A stretch of DNA of 40,569 nucleotides, taken from the NCBI GenBank assembly GCA_049999805.1, contig JBNGIO010006230.1, positions 244,200 to 284,768 on the forward strand. Reading direction: 5' to 3'. Below the pieces are notes generated by a model, which was given only the letters and a program-made list of their open reading frames with translations, made no database searches and was not told the origin of the DNA. This DNA is from Folioceros fuciformis. Its lineage: Eukaryota. Position numbers and translations under genes: made by a program. This document shows positions 34,150-40,569 of the stretch, one piece after another; within the stretch, counting starts at the first letter, position 1; every line of letters starts with the position of its first letter.

Positions 34150-35266
34150 TTGGGAATGGCAAAGCACTAGGTGTATTTCTTGTTGATAAAAGTATTAACA
34201 TCATAGGTACATTTGTGCAACCTTTTGACTTGTGTATTGCATAGTATCAAGATGTGAGTATTCATGTTCAAGAACTTAAAACCTTTTCTATTTGTTTGCA
34301 CTTTGTGGGGTGTACTTGAAGGATAGATCAAGCAAGCAAGCTCGCACTTCTTCAATAATTTGTAAGTACATATTGTAAGAATGACATGCTCTTGAAGTAT
34401 TGGAATTTGGAGTAAGTGAAGATTAGATGACCTCTTGTGTAAAACAATTATTCCTCTAGTTTTTCTACGAGACTGAGAAATCCACTCATGAGATTGTAGG
34501 CACATGATGAAGATCAATATTCCTCAAGGTGCTTATACTGAAGAAACCCATGACGTGTTCATGGTAGATGTAAGAGGTAATATAAAAATCTATTGTTAAG
34601 TTCATATTGGGATACAAGAGAGTTATGTTATGTTTAACATACTGTATGTGATTGACAGAGCTTGAAAGGAGCATTGATGTTTTATCAAAACAATCTTCTA
34701 TTCCAAGTCTGGCATCAACACCAAAGGATTTCAACTATTCAAAACATGAACAAGAGATGACTATTGAGACGTGTCTTCTACCTACACACATAGAAGATCT
34801 ATCCTCTCAATATGAGAGTGTACGAAGCCCCACATTGCCTACAATGCAAAAGGCGCAATCCACAGATGAAGATACGTTTTGGAGTCTAACAATAAAAGAT
34901 TCAGAAGACACACCTATGATGCTTGAGAGTAGGAGACATGAAACAATCTATAGTACTTTGTGGATAGAAGATGTTTTAAGGATGGAAGCTGCACATAAGG
35001 ATGTTTTCTGGAGCAGTGAGCGACTCCAGCTATGGAACATAAGTGCGATGAGCTATATTTCATGTGCTCAGATCATGGAAACAAGGAGAAGTTGGGGAGC
35101 TCTAGAAGTGGAGATTAGTCCAGGACTTAGTAGGAATCCAATCATCCTTCAAATCTTCCAATTGTCTAGCATCAAAGCTCGCCTTTTGAAGATCGTGGGA
35201 ACAATTGTGACACTCTTGGTTTTCATGGTCATTCTGATCTCCATAATTAGAGCAGTGAATGCATAA
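34150..35266 (+). other. AT-rich decayed segment ending in a 204-codon ORF (34652-35266) with a hydrophobic C-terminus; possibly a retroelement relic
   Basis: ORF starts at TTG and ends IVGTIVTLLVFMVILISII. Upstream frames contain many stops. No family recognised. Confidence 0.25.
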
Positions 35267-36060
35267 CTTGTTTCATAAGCTATTACCTTATGTCCGTGCC
35301 CTCCATGCCATGACATGGGAAGCCCCCATTAAGACCTGGAGAATGTCATGGCCAAGAGCTTGTGGGATCCGACAAAGCCGAAGAGGAAGGCGCGGGAAGA
35401 GAAGTTGCGGTGGGTGCATATTTGAACGATGTACTGTATTTGACGTGGTGCGCAGATTTGTAGCGGCGGTCTGTGTGACCCACATTGGCTGCACTCGGCT
35501 CCGGGTTTTACACTTGCAAATGGAGAGCAAGGGCGTGGGTGCACGTCCTGGAATAGCAAACACTTCAGAAGGAGGGCGCACTCGGCTGCATTGTTCCGCA
35601 ACCTCCACATTCCTTACCTTTCACATTTAAGCGCAAGCCTCTTCCTACAAGTCAGTGTGTGCCTCCAAGTTGAGGTCTCAAGCGCTTCAGACTCGACAAG
35701 CCAGCAGCCCCGCCTCCGGCCTCCGGCCTCCTGCCTGCTGCAGCTATTCCCGATCTTTGCTTCCAGATCGAGAATCTCCGTCTCATCTCCGGTATGGGAA
35801 GACATGGATCCACCCGTTAGACACGACATTATCTGGACGTTCTGGGTGTATACATGTGTGGATGTGTGTTGTGACGTGTTTCCACATTGTGCTGAGCAAT
35901 GTGCAGGACACCACTCGCCCGGGCAGGGCCCGAAAGTAGGCTGCTCCTGGAGCGGGTAGCCTGTCATGCGGAGCTGAGGTAGCGGGTGCAGAACATCGGA
36001 ACATCGGGATCTGATCAGATTCGAGCTTGCAGGCTGGCCTGCAGATTCGGGCAACCTGCC

Positions 36061-37409
36061 ATGGCTGCCACGAGATCCATGCCAGAGGCTCGCGGAAGCT
36101 TGCGCACATGGCTGGCACTTGCGGTTATGGTGGCGGTCCTAATGCTGGCGCAGATGTTAGACTCCGTGAGCGCACTGGACCTGAAGAAGAAGCTGCCCAA
36201 GAAAGAGGGGCTGAAGAAGGAAGTCTCCAAGCCCAAGGCTCCGATCACTGGGCTTAAGAATCGTGACGTGAAGAAACCGGTATCCAAGCTACCTGCTCGT
36301 GCCCCCAAAGCAGCTCCCAAGCCCAAGAAGCCCATCAACAAGCAGCCTCCCAAGGTGGTGACTCCGTTCCCGTCACTGCCCAAGCTGCAGAAGCCCGTGA
36401 AGCTGCCATCCCTGCCAGTCCACGTGAAGCCCCATCTCCCCTTCGGCTCGGGGATCAGTCTGTCGGCTCTGCCAGGCCTCCCCAACCTCCCCTTCAACCC
36501 CCTGGCGCCGTTCACAACCGGGTCCTGGGCCAACGACGGGCACGCCACGTTCTACGGTGATCCCAGCGGCTCGTCCACATTCGGTGAGCCCCCGTCTTCG
36601 GAGCTGAAGTGATTCCGCGGCACCCCGGCGACCAGATCCTGATTCCTAACGGTATGGGGACTTGATGTGCGCGCAGGCGGGGCGTGCGGCTACGGTGACC
36701 TCATGGCGCAGGGCTACGGCCTGGAGACGACGGCTCTGAGCGAGGTGCTCTTCAACAACGGGTTCTCGTGCGGGCAGTGCTACCAGATCCAGTGTATTGA
36801 CAGCAAGTGGTGCATCCCCGGCGCCGTAATCACGGTGACCGCCACCAACCTCTGCCCCGCCGACTACTCCAAGCCCAACGACAACGGCGGGTGGTGCAAT
36901 CCCCCCCTCAAGCACTTCGACCTCTCCATGCCCGCCTTCCAGCAGATCGCGCAGGAGGTGGCTGGCATCGTCCCCGTCACGTACCGCAGGTCAGCAATCC
37001 AAGTCCAACTTCTCTTTCTCTTCTGGTCCTCTCTGCTCTACAGGCTAGATCTGGCGTACCTGGCAATGCTGATGCACATCTTGTGGCAACTGGAAACTGC
37101 AGGGTCCCGTGCGTGAAACTGGGCGGCGTAAAGTTCACCATCCTGGGCAACACGTGGTGGCATCTGGTGCTCATCACCAACGTGGGTGGCGCCGGTGACG
37201 TCGACACTGCTTCCATCAAGGGAACTAACACGGACTGGATCCCCATGTCCCACAATTGGGGAGCCTCCTTCCAGGTTTTCCAATCCTTGGTAAACCAAGC
37301 GCTCTCTTTCCAGCTCACCTCCACGACCGGCCAGGTTCTCACAACCTGGAACGTGGCCCCGGCCAACTGGGCCTTCGGCGTCACCTACGAGGGTGGGCAA
37401 TACCCTTGA
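36061..37409 (+). CDS. EXPA: Alpha-expansin with Lys/Pro-rich N-terminal extension, ~380 aa; exons 36061-36583, 36677-36989, 37103-37409
   Basis: Hydrophobic signal-like segment, [69 protein letters not shown]; both canonical EXPA introns (GT-AG). Start could alternatively be the ATG at 36079. Confidence 0.95.
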
Positions 37410-37886
37410 CCTTGATCGTGTACAGATCCTAGTGTTTATAATTTTTCATCTGGGCTCCACCCAGCTTAGCCATTAGCTCATTGTCTTGGCTGGACGTCTT
37501 TGAATAGACTTGCAACGGAATCTAATTTGGGTCACCTGTATCTGAGCTTAGCCTCTAGCATTTTGATTAGCCGGACGCCCTTTCTGTGGCTTGTCCTCGA
37601 ATTGTAGCAGACTTGCAGCGGAGTCAAGTCATTTGATTCTCAGACTTGTATAATCGTGATGAGGTTTATCAAATCGAATTGTAAGATTTGTGCCCATCGG
37701 TGGATGCGCGTGTTTACCATCTTTAGAACAATGGTTGTCTCAGACTAGGAGTACAAGGTATCGTCACAAGTTATGCTAGTGAGAAAACATGAACGATCTG
37801 TAAGTTGTGAGAATTCGCACCTCCCACCTTGCAGTTGGCCAGTGCAGGGGCTTCAAGTCCTACACTAGCAACTTTCAAGCCTCTGC

Positions 37887-39960
37887 TTAGTAGAACACGT
37901 AAGACTGGTCGAAAAACTCATTCCTGTGATACAGCCTTTGTCAGTTTGTCACCAATCAAAGTAATGGCTCTTCTCCGCCATAGAGCAATGGTAAGTAGCA
38001 AACCACCCACCCACCCGTCCTTGCCAGAGTAGACTGGCTCGTAGTTGTAGATGAGCATTTCTTGTTCCTCGGCTTGTGACGATGGCTTGTGACCTGATTT
38101 TCGAGCCTCGCTGTAAAGCACAGGGGTACAACCGGTAGTTAATCTTCGGCAACGTACAAGCTTTGGTCAAAACTATTGGCGGTGACAAGCACGATTAAGT
38201 GAAGGGTTACCTGACGAAGAAGTTAGCTGCTCCTTGGGTGACGCTCACAGCATCGGCACTGTGAGGAATTGATGCTATTCCCCACTCAAATGCATGCTTC
38301 TGGTGTCAGTGAAAGTTAGCAAAACAAGGTCAAAGTTTGTGCGGGTCATTCAGAGCAGATCCGATGGGCTTTCTCTCAGGGACAGTACCTCCGGATGCCA
38401 TTGAACTCCAGTTACTGGATACCTGTAGGACTCGACAGTGGACACATAAACCTGGAACACAGAAGGAAGTCAGACGCAAGAAAGGAAAGTTTCGGAGCCT
38501 CAGGAAGGCGTGCTCTGGAATGAATAGCACATCCTTCTACACATAAACCTGGAACACAGAAGGAAGTCAGATGCACGAAAGGAAAGCTTCGAGGCCTCAG
38601 GAAGGTGTGCCCTGGAATGAAGAGCACATCCTTCTATTTGTCATCCACCTTATTGTTGTTGTCCGGCGTTGTTGTCAGGACTTCAAAGAAATTTGCCAAA
38701 GACTCTGTGGCACTGAACTTCTCAGGTGTGAGGCCAAACTGCAACATAAATCACTTGGTTGGACCTCATATTTTTACCTGCTAACTTTTGTCCCATGCTT
38801 ATCAGATCATGTCCGAATGCTTGCTTACCTTATGATTCTCCATGGCAAGATCCTTGTAATTCAGCTTGTCGACCACATCCTTCGGAATCCTGTGATGGTT
38901 GGCCATAAGGAGTCCAGAAATACCTGTGTTGAACGGCCTGTCCGCCTGGACCTCCTTAAAGTAGAGAGAGCAGGGAAAGAAAGTCGTCCTTACCATTTGA
39001 ACAAATTCCGATTTTTCACCCAGTCACCTTGGAAGTTCAGAGGAGCTGGTTTTTGCTGCGCATTGAAATCCTCCAGGATATCATGGTCCTGCAGTGCAAG
39101 TACGCGTGAAGAACATGCCTCTTCCGCAATTTGTATCTACCATTGAGAAGAATGAAATGGATGCTTTCCGCATACTGACTGTTGCATGTTTGGATTCTAG
39201 TCGTAACCTCAGAGTTCTGAGAAACAGGGAAGCAAAAGCTACCTGGCTTACGATGATGCAAAGAAGCTCGTATCCCAAGCATGTGCCCCAGACGGGAAAG
39301 TAGTCTCCCTTGTCATTTGCCGCTATAGCCATCTGAAACACGAAGAAACCGGTGTCAAATATTCGCAATGTGACGTACACATGAACAGGCTTTCACGGAT
39401 CAAAAATTGGCAAACCTTGAAGAGCTTTTCGGCAGTCCGATAGAATGGGCCCTCTTGCAGAGAGGCTGATCCTCCAGGGAAAAGAATTCCGTTGATGGCG
39501 GCGAACTTCTGCAAATGTAAACACAAATTGTCGTTGCAGTGAACCTGTTCGATTAGCAAAGGAGATTCTGTGGTGAGACACGGCTTACCTTCTCCAGAAT
39601 CTCGTCAGGCTCGTTGTAAATCAGAGGCACAGCTCTCGCACCCGCAGCCTCCACAAACTTGACATACGAGGCCGCTATGTAGGATATGGTGGAATTCTCA
39701 GGATTAGTAGGATAGAGCTTTTGGATGATGATCTTGCCATCTCCATCCCCGGGCTGAGACAGAATTCCTATGAGAGGTCTGTCAGTGACAGTGGGAAATG
39801 CTTCCTTGTATTCTCTCTGTCTCTCTGTGGGTTGCTTGAGCAACGGAGGGTGGTGTTCATGCACCAACCGTATAGAGAAAGCTTTCCAGACTGGAAAGCA
39901 TAGCAACTGAAATGTGAGCAACTGGGCAAGCATCAGCATCCTTGCATTCCCGAAGGCCAT
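37887..39960 (-). CDS. GGH: Gamma-glutamyl hydrolase (peptidase C26), 361 aa; exons 39960-39589, 39508-39416, 39332-39243, 39088-38994, 38889-38829, 38738-38649, 38451-38389, 38299-38211, 38110-38015, 37923-37887
   Basis: [41 protein letters not shown], catalytic WGTCLGYE and GVQWHPEK..FEW, LIYNY, FDQSYVF*. All introns GT-AG with consistent phases; hydrophobic N-terminus. Confidence 0.93.
38443..38636. repeat. 97 bp tandem duplication spanning the GGH intron 6 / exon 7 boundary
   Basis: CACATAAACCTGGAACACAGAAGGAAGTCAGA...GCACATCCTTCTA at 38443-38539 and 38540-38636, several mismatches. Confidence 0.93.
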
Positions 39961-40569
39961 GGCCTACAAATTGCATTGGCTGAGACCCAAATTGTGGCAA
40001 ACTGATGACTGTTCACCACGCGGGTGTGAAGTGTGATGCAAGAAATCAACCAGCCCCAGAAACCGCACGAGCAAGATGATACCTTGACACATGGTCAAGG
40101 TTCATGGATGAAGGTGGCCTTAACAAAGCAGGAAGTCCGGACCTCCTTTCACGTGCAAGGCGCGTTGTACCTTGGGAAAGGGTCTTCCTTTTCTGAAACT
40201 TGAAGAAACGGCTTCGGCAATTTCCCATACATTCATGGGTACGAAGAAAGGTAATCGATGAGCAGCGGGTATCGCTACTGTGCGAGAGCACAGTGGAAAG
40301 CGACAAGACGAGGCGACGAGACAACAACCACCTCGCAGCAATGTGCCAAGTTCAAGCACACACGGAATCTCAAAACAGATACTCGACACCAGTCGGACAA
40401 TGACTGAAAAAGCCGAGATGCGTTGCACTTATTCAAAACAAGAGGTCAGGGGAAGACGCTCCCGCACCGAGACACGGCCTAAACGCCAAATGTGTCAGCC
40501 ATGGCAGACAACGGCGACGGTGAATCAGAAGGCCACCTCAACACGCTTATCGCCAGGATCCAATAGCAT

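Noticed and set aside
35259-36548. Overlapping ORFs upstream of and antisense to the expansin
   Set aside because: GC-rich promoter/UTR and antisense shadows of a codon-biased gene.
38571-39146. 191 aa plus-strand ORF
   Set aside because: Antisense to GGH exons 4-6 and has no motif.
40501-40569. ATG-initiated MADNGDGESEG..
   Set aside because: Stops after 21 codons at the window edge; insufficient evidence.

Overview
Eukaryotic land-plant nuclear DNA; short GT-AG introns and a moss-type expansin suggest a bryophyte or other non-seed plant (inference). The core is a tandem duplication: copy 1 ~3381-30390, copy 2 ~30397-33430. Each copy carries an apparently intact but divergent 6-exon TFIIF beta/RAP30-like gene on the minus strand, which the ORF track shows only in fragments. 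Copy 1 was inflated by ~22 kb of Ty1/copia retrotransposons: a triple nest A(6960-23907) > B(8589-19771) > C(8948-14971, inverted), plus element D (25050-30308) carrying a solo LTR. Copy 2 keeps the empty insertion sites of A and D. The left end holds minisatellites and probable Tc1/mariner-pogo-like ends. The right end holds tRNA-Leu(CAA), an alpha-expansin with a ~115 aa Lys/Pro-rich N-terminal extension, and a 10-exon gamma-glutamyl hydrolase whose intron 6 has a duplicated acceptor leading to a stop codon. All alignments and counts were done by eye; no database searches were run.
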